This document shows, in pieces, positions 12,586-24,792 of a stretch of 64,000 bases of DNA (positions within the stretch are counted from its first letter, which is position 1; each line of letters opens with the position of its first letter). The DNA is from Tricharina praecox. Its lineage: Eukaryota. A model generated the notes under the pieces. That model was given only the letters and a program-made list of their open reading frames with translations, searched no databases and was not told the origin of the DNA. Location of the stretch: positions 186,001 to 250,000 of the forward strand of contig NW_026250430.1 of NCBI RefSeq assembly GCF_024521635.1, given 5' to 3'. Made by a program: the position numbers and the translations under genes.

Positions 12586-13758
12586 TTGATCTTGATTAAT
12601 GTTTTCGTTTTTGGTTTTTTGGTTTTTTGGTTTTGTGGTTTTGGTTTTGAATTTTGGTTTTTGGTTTTGGTTTTGTTTATCTACACGGGAGTTCGGGATT
12701 TGGGTGGCTTGGATGGGATATACCTAGGACGTTCGCTTTCGGAATTTAGTTGGTACTACCGTACTGGGACGTGGATTACGAGATTTGAATTTGGAATTTG
12801 GAATTGGTTTGGAATTCGGTCACGTTTGTGTTTGTGTTTGCGTTTGTGTCTTATTGGATACCGTTGATACCGTTGGATTTGATACCATGTATTCATGTAT
12901 TACGTTTAGTTGGGGTTTCGTTTGAATTACTGGATTGGTAGTACTCTAGAGAATGATCTATGTGGTAGCAGGAGTGGCAGGAGTGATAAAAATCTGGGAA
13001 AGATACATCATACAGTCTCATGTTCATGGTTCCATCTGATTGTATGTAGGTGAATGACTTTTCGTGGGTTCTGCAATTTCGATAGAAGCTGGGATGAGCT
13101 GGGTGTGGTCAGCGTGGCCATGGGTGATGGTGAACGGGCTCAGAGCCTTGGAAGGGGATGATGGAGGGGGATTGTGGAGAGTGGGCATAATCGCTCACTC
13201 GCTCACTCGGCGTTTATTAACGTCTTGAGTTGGGTGGAGGGAGGGTAGGCCGGCGAGGGGCAATGGGGAGTGAAAGGGTTATACTAGTACAGCAAAATAC
13301 TAGAATACCCAGAACGGAGCTGGAGTTTGGGCGCGCGGGTTTACTATGTGTCTGCGGTCTCACGGCGGCGACGGGCTGGCGGATCGCAGGGTTATACTTC
13401 CGTTGGCAGCACAACACATCTAGTTTCAATTCAGGACCTGACAAGACAATAGCGAGTACCACCTAGCAAGGTGAAGCATACACAGTGCACACAGTCCTCA
13501 TTCTCACCCTCTCAACAGCAAGGAAACGGAGGCTATGTGTAACAAGTATGGGGTAGAAGTAGAAGTAGAAGTAGATCAAGTAGGTAGCAGATAAAAAGAC
13601 AGACAGACGAATAGGCAGGTAGACAGACAAGTTGACAAAGTACAAAGAAATTAATGCGTTGGGCACAGGCTACAGCTCAGTAATACATCCACGACCCCAA
13701 ACTCAAACTCCAACCTCAACGCCACCCACCCCCCTCATTCCTACCCTCAGGCTGAGGC

Positions 13759-15427
13759 TCAATCGTAATCCTCGGCGGTATTGTACTGCGAGTCATCGTA
13801 GTCGGCGTACTCAACCGGCCACGGGTTCTCACCCGGCGCAAGCAGCCCATTCTGCCTGGGCTGCACGGTCTCCTCGCTTCCGGCATCACTGGACGGCGAG
13901 TCGACCTCGACACTGACTCTGCCTCTGCTGCCGCCGTAATTCTCGAGGTCGGTCGGATCCATCTCCGAGTCGTCGTCATCGAGGAGGTCATCGTCCTCAT
14001 CGTGGTCGCCGGCAGCGGAGTCAGACGAGGAGTCGTGCTCGAGGTGATGATGGTCGTCGTCGTCGGCGTGGGATTTAGTGTAGACCTCCTCGCCCCAGTC
14101 GCCGACGCCAGTCAGGCCCTCGAGCCCGCCGCGCCACGGACGACACCGCTTCACGAGCCCGCCGCAGCGCAGACATGTCCAGCCCTCGCCCTCCTCGAGC
14201 TCGATCTTGCCCGCGAGACAGACGTAGCAGTACACGTGGCCGCACTCGACGGCCTCATAGGGGTTGGTGATGTCGGTTGCGCGCGCGCCGGCCGCCGCGC
14301 CCGCCGTCTCCGCGTCCGTCTCCTTGTAGCATATTGCGCACGTGCGCTCGGGCAGGAAGGCGAGCTCGCCGGTGGTTTCGCCGGTGGCGCCGCCTTCCGA
14401 GCGGATGCGGCGCAGGAACCGCGCCCACCAGCGCCGCCAACGGCCGATTCGGAGCAGTGGCAGGATGAATAGGAGGAATTCGGTGAAGGCGTGCCACACT
14501 AGTTGTCGGTTGAGGTATTCGAAGGAGACTTCACGTGCGACGGCGCGCGTGGGTGTGACGAGGCGCATGCGTAGGACCCGATCGAGGAGTGTACGGTAAT
14601 GGCCGGTTACGAGGAAGGCGGTAAAGGAGACCAGTGTCAGTGCTGAATGTGCGGATCCGACTGTGTCGATGAAGCGGGATAGCTTGCTGGTGAACGATGA
14701 CGCCTGCAACCCCGCCATGTATCAGTAAGTGGAAAGAATACGTTGGGATAGTGGTTGTATTTACTTCGGAGGAACCCGATCGCTGCAGTAAAAAGAGATT
14801 TAATCTATGGTGGAGATATCTTCCGCCGACGGTGATGAGTCCATACAGTGACTTTTGCCCCTTCGACGGCGGATGGTCAATAAACCCTGACCTCCGCGCA
14901 TCGGTATATCTCAAATTTTGCAAAGCAGCGCCGTACGAAGCATTATGGTCCCATATTGTAAGTTTAAACAGCGCCGCTCTCAAAAGGAGCAGCAGTTCTG
15001 GCTCGTAGGTCTCCTTGATCGACGGCTATGTATCGAAATCATCACATGTTAGCTAGCTTCATTCCACCTCCCTCCCTCCCCTTTGATTCTACCCCCCTCA
15101 ACAAACGAAACGCGTAATAAGAGACCGACAACTCACCCTAAAGTATTTCAGTCCGCCCCACAGCTGTCCCTTCAGCAGATCCAGCAGTTCTTCATCCAGC
15201 AGTTCTGTATCGAGCTGGCCGACTCTAAACGCCGGACGCGACTCGACGGTGGACGAGAACAAGCTGCGAAGCCGAGAGATGCCGGTAGCGTTTGACGACG
15301 TAGCTTCCTGTGCGCGTTGTTGCTGAAGCTGGATTATTCGCTCTTGCGCGCGATTGTTAGCGAGCGTCCAGTCGGTCGACGTGGCGGTGGTGGTCGCTAA
15401 TCCGGTGGTAGTCGTTGTGGATGCCAT
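13759..15427 (-). CDS. PEX2: Peroxin-2, peroxisomal RING-finger E3 ligase (498 aa)
   Basis: Exons 15427-15137, 15025-14765, 14703-13759. Motifs RPAFRVGQLD.ELLDEEL, ASYGAALQNLRY, FEYLNRQLVWHAFTEFLLF, RING CAIC...CGHVYCYVC...CLRC, then an acidic tail. Confidence 0.96.
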
Positions 15428-16496
15428 TGACGACGACGGGGCATTGGCGACGGGTCAAGATGGGGGTTCGGTGTTGGTGCGAAGGTATCTAAGGCGGTGG
15501 ATGCCTCGTCGTGGCTGGCCCTGGCATGCCTCCCTCCTCGCCTGTGCGAGCCGAGGTCAGAGGCTCAAGGGTCACTCGTGTTTGCCGCCCGGAGCCTGTG
15601 GCCATGCAAAACACGTTGCTTTCAGGAACGGGTTCAAGAGTATTTGATTCGTTTTCTTTTTCGCCGATGAGAAAGAAGTCCAACAACTACATACAACAGC
15701 TTCATACAACAGCTCCATCTTTCTTCGATGATCTACCCTCCCGCTCCTCGGTTCCATTACCGGTCTTCTGTCCTCGCAGCAAACTACAAAGCTAAATGCA
15801 CGTGAGTCGGATGAATTGAAGACTAATTAAGCAAGCCGACCATGCAATTTAGCTGATCCTACACACCCCCAAGAAGCCAAAGCATGATCACGCGGGCGTA
15901 CGTACGACGGGTGTACGACGGGTGATGTTTATTCGATCCGGAGTGGTGGTTTGCACGAGTCATCACTCGCGAGTTTATTCGGCAGCATAGAAGCAATCTG
16001 ACGTGCTCTATTCACGCGCTGTTTCTCCTCACACTCTCCTTCATGGAACCTGAGGCGGAGTGGGAGCGAACCTTCTTTCTTTTCCAAGCTTTATTTCCTC
16101 GGTTCTCTACGTGTATCTTTGGGAAACGCCGATACACAGTTAAACAACCCATGATTTAGACAGGTCTGATACACAAAAACAAACCAGCTCCATTCACACC
16201 CAGCCCCGATATTTACATCCCAGGACTCATAACCTCACACCGTCTTCCTAATCCCATTTAGGACGTATCCCACGACGACACCCCATGCCATCGCCATCGC
16301 CAATGCTCTTACGCCCTATTCCATTCCATTCCATCCGACGCGATGCTAACTACTCCTAAACAAGCCCTGTTTACTCTTCGACCCCGGGGGTATATATACA
16401 TACACAACTCCTCGAACCCAAACCTACTATATAGTACAATGACCCACAACGCCCATCATCATGCAAAACTTCCACGTTGAATTCAATCCTCTTTTA

Positions 16497-18019
16497 CTAC
16501 TGATTCTTCTTCTCATCTGACGTCTTCTCATCTGACGTCTTCTCATCCGACGCCTTCGCAACCGGCACCGGAACCAAAAAGTCGAGCGCCCACCACAGCG
16601 CGAGAATCGACGTCCACAACACGGCGATGACGTTGACGACATGCACGGTCCACCAGACGTGCTGGATCCCGAGCGCGCAGGCGACGTATTCGAATTTCCA
16701 CTCTGATAGCGTCCCCGTTAGTATGTCTCGCGAGCGAAGCTGGAGAGAGGAGTCAGAGGCATACCATTTAAATCATAATCGAACCAAGCACTAAACAGCC
16801 CCGCGTTCCCACCAAACTCGCCCATCATACTCCTGACCGTGATTTCTCGTACAGTCTTTGGCTCGCCCTTCTTCTTCTCCTCCTCGCGGCGCCCATCAAT
16901 CCACTTTTTATACGTCATCACATTCCACGCGTTCTTCTCCTTCTCCCAAAAATGCACGCTCTGGCAGCCCTCATGGTCATGTCCCGTGAGGATAACGCCC
17001 TCGCTGCCACCGCCCCCCTGCGCCTCCTCGTCCGTCGGCGATCCAAATATCATCTCCTTGAGCTTGTCGCTAACATCCTCGGAAACGAAGTTCTGGCTTT
17101 TGATGCCGCCGCCATAGTGCGGCGGAAAGTACTTCATCTCCGGGCCGTCAACACAGATGCGCTCGGGCTTGTGCAGCGGGAGGTGCGTGAGCAGCACTGT
17201 GGCCTGCGTTTTCCCGCCGTCCTTCCGCCTTGTATTCTGCAGCGCCTCCAGGAAGTCGTACGTCTCGTCCGCGAGCGACTGATCCCATATGGGAGTGTCG
17301 AGGGTGAGCGAGTTGAGCACTGCAATCCTCAGCTCGGGCTCCTCGCCGGCGACGGCGGCGGTGAGACTCCCATTCCCATTCCCATCCTCCTTTGGCGGCG
17401 GTCGGAACGCCAGCACGTAGTTGTACGGGCCGAACGCCTTCTCGTAGCGCACCAGCCTGGGCCTCGATATGTCGCCCGCATAGCCCACATCGTGGTTCCC
17501 AGGCAGCAGCATCAGCGCCTCGCCCCAGCCGTCGCCGAGCGCGCTCCCCCCCGCCACCTCCTCCGCCGACACCTGTCTCACGCCCCCAAAAATCCTCCAA
17601 AACCTCTTCGCGCGCCGCCAAAACTCGTCGTCAGTGATCCACTGGCTGCCGAGGAGATCTCCTAGCACCGTGGTGTGCGTGGGGAACGTGTGTCGTCGCA
17701 TGGTGTGGTATATATGCGAGAGGTAGAGGTCGTTCCCCCAGAGATCCAGCATCTTACCGTACTTCCTGATTAGGGTGCCGGCGCGCGCGGGAGAGAACCG
17801 CGTGTTCGGTGGCAGGTCGTATTTTCGCAGCGTGGTGTCGCCCTCGATTTGTGGGTCGGCCAGCGTCAGCAGCCGGAAGGGCGCGGGCACAGACGCCGAG
17901 GGCCGCGGAAACGCGCAGGCGTATAATACCGGGTAGAAGTATAGGTAGATGTTGAGGATTACCGCGGCCGGCAAAAGCAGGTCCACCAGGATCATCGTCG
18001 CGAACCCCTTGATCGTCAT
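16497..18019 (-). CDS. TED1: Ted1/PGAP5-family metallophosphoesterase, GPI-glycan remodelling (486 aa)
   Basis: Exons 18019-16765 and 16702-16497. N-terminal TM; calcineurin-like motifs ADPQIEG, LGDLLGSQW, GNHDVG, LTHLPL, TGHDHEG; C-terminal TM and KKNQ* dilysine ER-retrieval motif. Confidence 0.88.
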
Positions 18020-18697
18020 GATGGCTGCTGGTGGTGGGCGGGACTATGGATGGCGGGAATGTTGCTAGATGTAAGGGTTCGCGATGCCGCCGGCGATGAG
18101 GCGGGCCGGTGCATAAGTAAGGAGCAGGAGGGAAAGGGTGGATGGATATGGAGGGATGCTGGCATATGTAGACGGAAGGCGAGATGGTGCGGCGGATCGA
18201 ACTAGCCAGTCGGTGAGTCGGGATTGGACTGGGACTACAGGGCGGCTCGAGCTTATGCTACAGGGATTACTCCGCCTCCATAGAGCAGAATCACACAAAG
18301 GCGACTCGCCTCTAACCGCCGCGGCTGTTTCATAGAATAAAACAGATCAAGTCCTTTGAAGGGTAGGTAGTTCAATCCAGCACACGCACGATATGATTCA
18401 ATGGAACTGGTTCCTGGAGGTTTTGCATCTGTCTACATTGCACAACTCGCATACCACTCTAGTCCAAGCCACGATGCCGGTGAAGACGGAGCGGGGCCAA
18501 GCCGAGCGGGCTCGATGATGCGGAGCTAGACTTTGATGATCTGCAACAAGTGGCAACATATTGGAGATCGGGAGTATTTGTAGCCCGCGGTGACGAACAT
18601 CAAAAATATAGCGGGCCACCGGCATCGGTCCATTCTTCAAGCCGCCGTCCGTCCTTCACGTCGGGCATCACGGTGATCACGGTATCATTGGATGCTA

Positions 18698-19576
<879 letters not shown>

Positions 19577-19748
19577 CTTGAGCTATTCTTTTCGTTAATC
19601 GGGGGGAAGGGTGTGTGTGGGCGTCGGTCGTTTCGTCGGTCGTCGGTCGTCGTCGTCGTCGTCGTCGGCTCTAGATTGGGGAATTGCGACAAGCTTCTGG
19701 GATCGTTGTGTGTGGGTTTTTTTGTGTGGGGGCTTGGCGTGGGGTGAG

Positions 19749-19844
19749 CAGTCACCGGGCGGTAGCGTGTACCACCAGTGCTTAATGTGGGTAGGTCACG
19801 TGGTTAGACGTCTTTCCGAGCCCCACCTTTGGGCTTGAGTGACT
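19749..19844 (-). promoter_or_regulatory. Candidate RPL23 promoter motifs (GTGACTG Homol-D-like, TAAGCACT, CACGTGA)
   Basis: Plus-strand cagtcac 19749-19755, agtgctta 19777-19784, tcacgtg 19796-19802, gtgact 19839-19844. Parallels the RPL34 upstream set. Confidence 0.35.
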
Positions 19845-19855
19845 TCGCGAGCAAG

Positions 19856-19925
19856 CAATTTATCATGATTGTCTAAGGGACCGAGACCAATTTATCATGA
19901 TTGTCTAAAGGGACCGAGACCAATT
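19856..19925. repeat. Tandem duplication of a 32/33-bp unit
   Basis: caatttatcatgattgtcta(a)agggaccgagac x2 followed by a partial caatt. Confidence 0.9.
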
Positions 19926-20381
19926 ACTCTAGAGTAGAAGCCGTGAGGTAGTAAGGATGGCTCTGTAGTCTTGCGTATGAAGTCTGCCAGAATTGGGCAG
20001 GACGCACTTGGTACGGCATTGACGCGCCCATCTTCAAAGTTGTAGACAGGAGGAGGCCAGATTCATCAACGAAATATGTCCACAGTACAGTTGGCAAACA
20101 ACACCATTTTGAACCAGCAGATAACTATCCGCGGGAGCTGCCCTCACAATACGAGACGACCGCTGACCAATGACCACAAGCTCGACACTCTTCATACGTA
20201 GTAACGATTGCATTCTTTCCATGGATTCTTTCTAAATAAACATTAAGATTATATCTACTCTGCTTTGCTACTTCCAAGTTCCAAATTCCAACCTCCCGTC
20301 CAGTGTCTAGAGCTTTTGAAGCCGAATATCCAGCAGCAACCAGTCTGGAGTACTCTAGGTATTTCGGCCCAAGCTTTGCAT

Positions 20382-20933
20382 CTACACCTGCACCGCCTTG
20401 ACCTCACCAGTCGTCTCCTTATCCAACGACTTGAGCCCCACATTCCCCTTCTCCTTCACCTCCTCCTTCACCTCCTCCACCTCCCCCTCCTCTCTAGGAG
20501 GACAAGCCGGCGCCTCAAACGTGGGCACATCCTGTCCACCCGAGCAATCAATGTAGCAGCCGCCGTAGCTCACACCCTGCGTGTCCCCATTGTCAGCCCC
20601 CAATCTTCATCTCCAATCCACAGTCTATTATCTGTAATCAAGGAACCATACACAATCATTCATAAACGTAACACACTCCGTTGTGCAAACCTGGGTGGTG
20701 GTAAACTTCGCGTAGGCAATGGTCGCGGTCGGGGTGGGCACGATGTCCTCCATCTCCTCCGCGCCCTCCATCGGCTCCATCCCCTTGACCATCTCCATCC
20801 CCTCCATCCCCTTGATCACAGGAATCAAGTCCAGTGTGGAGGTGGGGGAGGGGGTGAGGGAAGGGACCATGCTCTGGGGAAAAGCGGTGGTCAGGGAGAA
20901 GAAGAGAAATGCGAGGAGGGGTTGCGTGAACAT
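20382..20933 (-). CDS. Small secreted Cys-rich protein with Met/Glu-rich segment (158 aa)
   Basis: Exons 20933-20652 and 20576-20382 (intron gtatgg...gctgac...cgcag). Signal peptide MFTQPLLAFLFFSLTTA. Six-Cys module CTTECVTFMNDCGVSYGGCYIDC...PTFEAPACP is rebuilt across the splice. Glu/Lys-rich tail. Confidence 0.8.
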
Positions 20934-23900
20934 GTTGGGCGGATTGGGATTGGGCGGATTGGGTGGATGAGGGAGAGGGATGAGGGATGAGAAATGAGGG
21001 AGAGACTGGGAGAGACTGGTTGAACTGGGGAGCTGGCTGGGCTATCGTCGAGGGCTCTCTTTATACACCATCGCGGAGGTGGAGGGATAGGCAATGCTTG
21101 ACTTGAAAGTTGACCGTAAGGTCGAGGAGGTGGGTACGCATACGCAGCATCGTCGCAATCCATCATCCTCAGATGCCGCGTCTTGTCGACGGATTGGAGA
21201 TTCACGTGTAATGGTCTATGGATGGTCTCGCAACCCAGCTCCGCTCCTTCAGAAGATGTGAGCATCAGCTCCACCTAGATCCTCTAGGCTCGAACAGAGT
21301 CCGTTCAGGGCGTTGCAACTCGCGGCTTGCGATGTTAAGCTTAACGGAGAGGGTTTGCTTGCGTCCGAGTAGATACGCCTAAGCTTGAAGTTGGGTTCAA
21401 ATGCCATGCCTATTCGCAAGGTTGAAGAGGCATGTCGACGTGAGGTGAGGTCCAACACAGGAGAATGAGTGGTCGCGCTGTGAATTCGTGTACTGACTCG
21501 TATTACCTGCGTAAGTATATCAGCTTAAGCTCAAGGCAAAAGTGTACGCGTACTCTACCGTACTTGGGTAACTATCTCTGGACCGTCTAGTGCTGGACAT
21601 ACCTATGATGGTATCAAGATAGAAGCACCCACCAGAAGGCATGTAAGTACAATACAAATTCCAGATCCCAGGATTTATGTAGAAGGCATGTAGTGATGGA
21701 TCATGGTTCCCATTTCCCGCTTACATAAACTGGGGCTCGCCGTTCCATCGGTTACGGGTTCTGCAGGCATGATTCATACTCAAAAGACTCGGACAAAGCA
21801 AGTTATGGTTATGCTCGAGCGGCACTTACATAGGGCGTAGATACATAGAGTATCCAGGATGCTGTGCGTATGTCTGTGCGTTTGCGTCTGCAGCTGCAAT
21901 CCATGACCAGTCCATGGGCAGCCCACCGATACATCTTTCTTCGCCGATCACGATGCGAACAGTGGACATGCCACCTCCGATTCCTTCCTTCTTGCCGACA
22001 ATTCTCGGCTTCGGCAAATCTGTACAGTATGTAGGCCTGAGCTGAGCAGTGAGCGGGGGGGCCGTTGTATAATTGTTGCTCCCTGATCCTAACCCCGTGC
22101 ATGCCGATATCAGCGCCTGCTATGGTACGGGGTTGTTAACGAGCGAGCAGGCAACTCGGTGGATTCCAAATTGTATTGTATTGTATCGTACATAGAGGAG
22201 AGGAGGGTGCACGGGTTGTGTTGGTGCTTGTAGTATTTCAGGGAAGCTCAGCTTTGAGTGGTGGACGAATAGATAGACTCCCTAGGATGGATACATGTGT
22301 GGATAGGAAGAGGGTAGGTGGACTTGAGATTAGCCGTTCGTGTGTTCGTGTGGGAACTTGGAAGCATGCAGTTCTAAGGGGCTGTAAAGTGGTGCAAGTA
22401 CAATACATAGGATAGACACCGATACTCTACACGTGCTCGGCGGGGGTACCTATCGGGCTGCGGTCTCTATGGTAACACGGCGTCGTGGTATCTATCGATC
22501 ATGCTTCCACCTCCGGCCCTCCAGGCATCGCCGAAAACCTCACCACTGCCATCCTTCATCCATCCGTCCATTCATCCTCTACCATTCTATCTCGACCAGC
22601 GCGGTTTACTTGCGGAAGGCGCGACAGTCGTCTGTAGAGTCTGAGCATGAAAATTTCGTTCAGCCCACATTCCCGGGGAGGTTGTGGTCGGCCAGTAACT
22701 GAAGCCTTCCGTTCTGCAAAACCATCACGGCGGTTCGAACCCGAATTCGCCAATCAACCACTCGGACGCAGTCAGGAGGTTGGGAGATGACGCAACCGCC
22801 CCGCAGGTGCGGCTCTGGATAGGCCGCTTCTCCTCCTCCGCAGACTCCTCCGCAGACTCCTCCGCAGACTCCGCAGAGTTAAAATCCGGGGCGGTCAACT
22901 CTCCTGTCCCCCACTCCCGCCGTAGGTACTAATGCAGATTCGATAGATACTTCCTTGCTCGTTGACTGGTACATAGAGTACCTAAGCAAGTCAACTTTCC
23001 GCAACCCATCCTTCTCAACATGCAGGTAAAAAAAATTCTTCACGGAGCAGAAATGCAAAGACAAAGGCACAGCACTCTCGGATTCTCCTCGGATTCGACG
23101 GCCTGTGGTGCGGGCTGAGATGGATGTGGACTCACAGATAGATGGAGGGAAGGATGATGTGCAGCACTTGGCCAAAAATGCGCCCGCCCCACCACCACCG
23201 GTGCACCCCTACCCCACGCCACTGCCGACGATACTGCGGGGTTCCCTCCCTCCCTCCCTCCCTTAACTCCTAACTAGTAGCGCTAACCATCGAGAATCGC
23301 GCGCGCGCTCTAGGGGTGTTTATCCCGGCAAGGCTCCCTTAAAGTTGGTTCGCGATTCGCTGCTCGGTGCTTGGAGATACAAAGGATTCGCTGGAGGGAC
23401 AGGTACCCATCAAATTCTCCAGCTTATGTACCAGAGTACCTAGGGGGTACTTGGCTACATACATACCGCTCCAGAGTAGGTAACGGAAGGGAAAGGGCCT
23501 GAAGAACCTGTACGTAGATAAAGTGGATCGCTGTACAGGACCATATCTACCACCTCTATACTGTGTACTCACAACATTCTCACTCTGCCTGCCGGCCCCC
23601 GTGCGTGCATCTGCTGTGTCTGTGAAGGGTGCTTGCCTTTGCCCTGCCTTGCCTGTCTGTACTGTACTCTAGGTACTCTGTGGATCCGGACCGATGCTGC
23701 TCTACAGGTTAGTTGAGTGGTGTGGCCATGGTGGGAACAGGCATGTCTGTAGAGTACTTAAAGCATGTATGTAAGACTGCGGAGGGTTGCTCCCGAGAAA
23801 GGAGCATAATTCACCCACTGCGGTAAGTTCCTTTTCGGAAAGCGAAGCAATTGTCGGGTGGGCCGTGTAGCCTTCGATTGGAGCTCGGCGGCGTAGGTGG

Positions 23901-24792
23901 CAGTGTCCTATTCTACAGTTGCGTAGAGTAGGTTATGTAGGCAGTCGTGGTTGATGGCTGTGATCGCACGTATCGTGACCGAACCGCTGCTCACCTCACT
24001 CACTCAACCCCATCACATCAACCTTCTTTCGCCCCACCCCCCCCCTCCTCCACCCGCCTACTCTTACTCTACATACAAGTTTCTCTACCTACCTCATACC
24101 TCCGATCCGAGATTACGCAGCCGTTACTTCTAGTTACGACACACGTCGGTAAGAAACACCCGTCAGCCTGCGGAAAAGACAAAGCACAAGCACAAGCACA
24201 AGACGCATCTCTTTCGTGGTCTACCTACCCTTCTCATCCCACCTATTCCATTCCGGACGACCTATTTGGCGCCAATAGAGCTTGCAAAAGAAAAAGAGAG
24301 AGACAGACTCAGCCAAAGGACGTCTTCTTATTCGAGCACTCTACGTATCTCTCTATCTCCATCTCTATCGCGGCCTATCTCTTCGGCTCAAACAACCCAA
24401 TCCTTCCCGTGCGAATCACTCCGTAACTACGCTTCGCCGCCGCCGCCGCCGCAGCAGCCCTGCCTCCTCGGTAAAGCAGCAAGCAAGCAAGCACACAGAC
24501 TCAAGCAAAGCAGACTCAAGCACACGCAAGGGGAATACCGAGAGACAGAACACAGAGGCGAGGGAGACACATAGAAAAAGAGGTGAAAAGGACTAGGTAG
24601 GTTGGAAAGACCACAGCACGCAAAACAATCACGCATTTCCCAGCCTGCATCCGACGAATAGCATCACCGGGCGGTGCACCCATCCCCACGCCCACGCCCA
24701 TCCGCTGGCTGATCAACCAACGGGGTCCACAACCACCTCCACCACCACTATCACCCACTGAGCAGCAGCAGAAGAAACCTGCAACCAAACAG

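Noticed and set aside
12586..12867. Hydrophobic 93-aa ORF as an independent gene
   Set aside because: TTG start directly after the F-box stop; T/G-rich 3'UTR composition explains the lack of stops.
13759..14100. Acidic/His-rich tail after the PEX2 RING
   Set aside because: Acidic C-terminal extensions are already known in fungal Pex2 proteins.
22731..22745. GGTTCGAACCC tRNA T-loop/B-box-like motif
   Set aside because: No cloverleaf, acceptor stem or A box could be folded around it.
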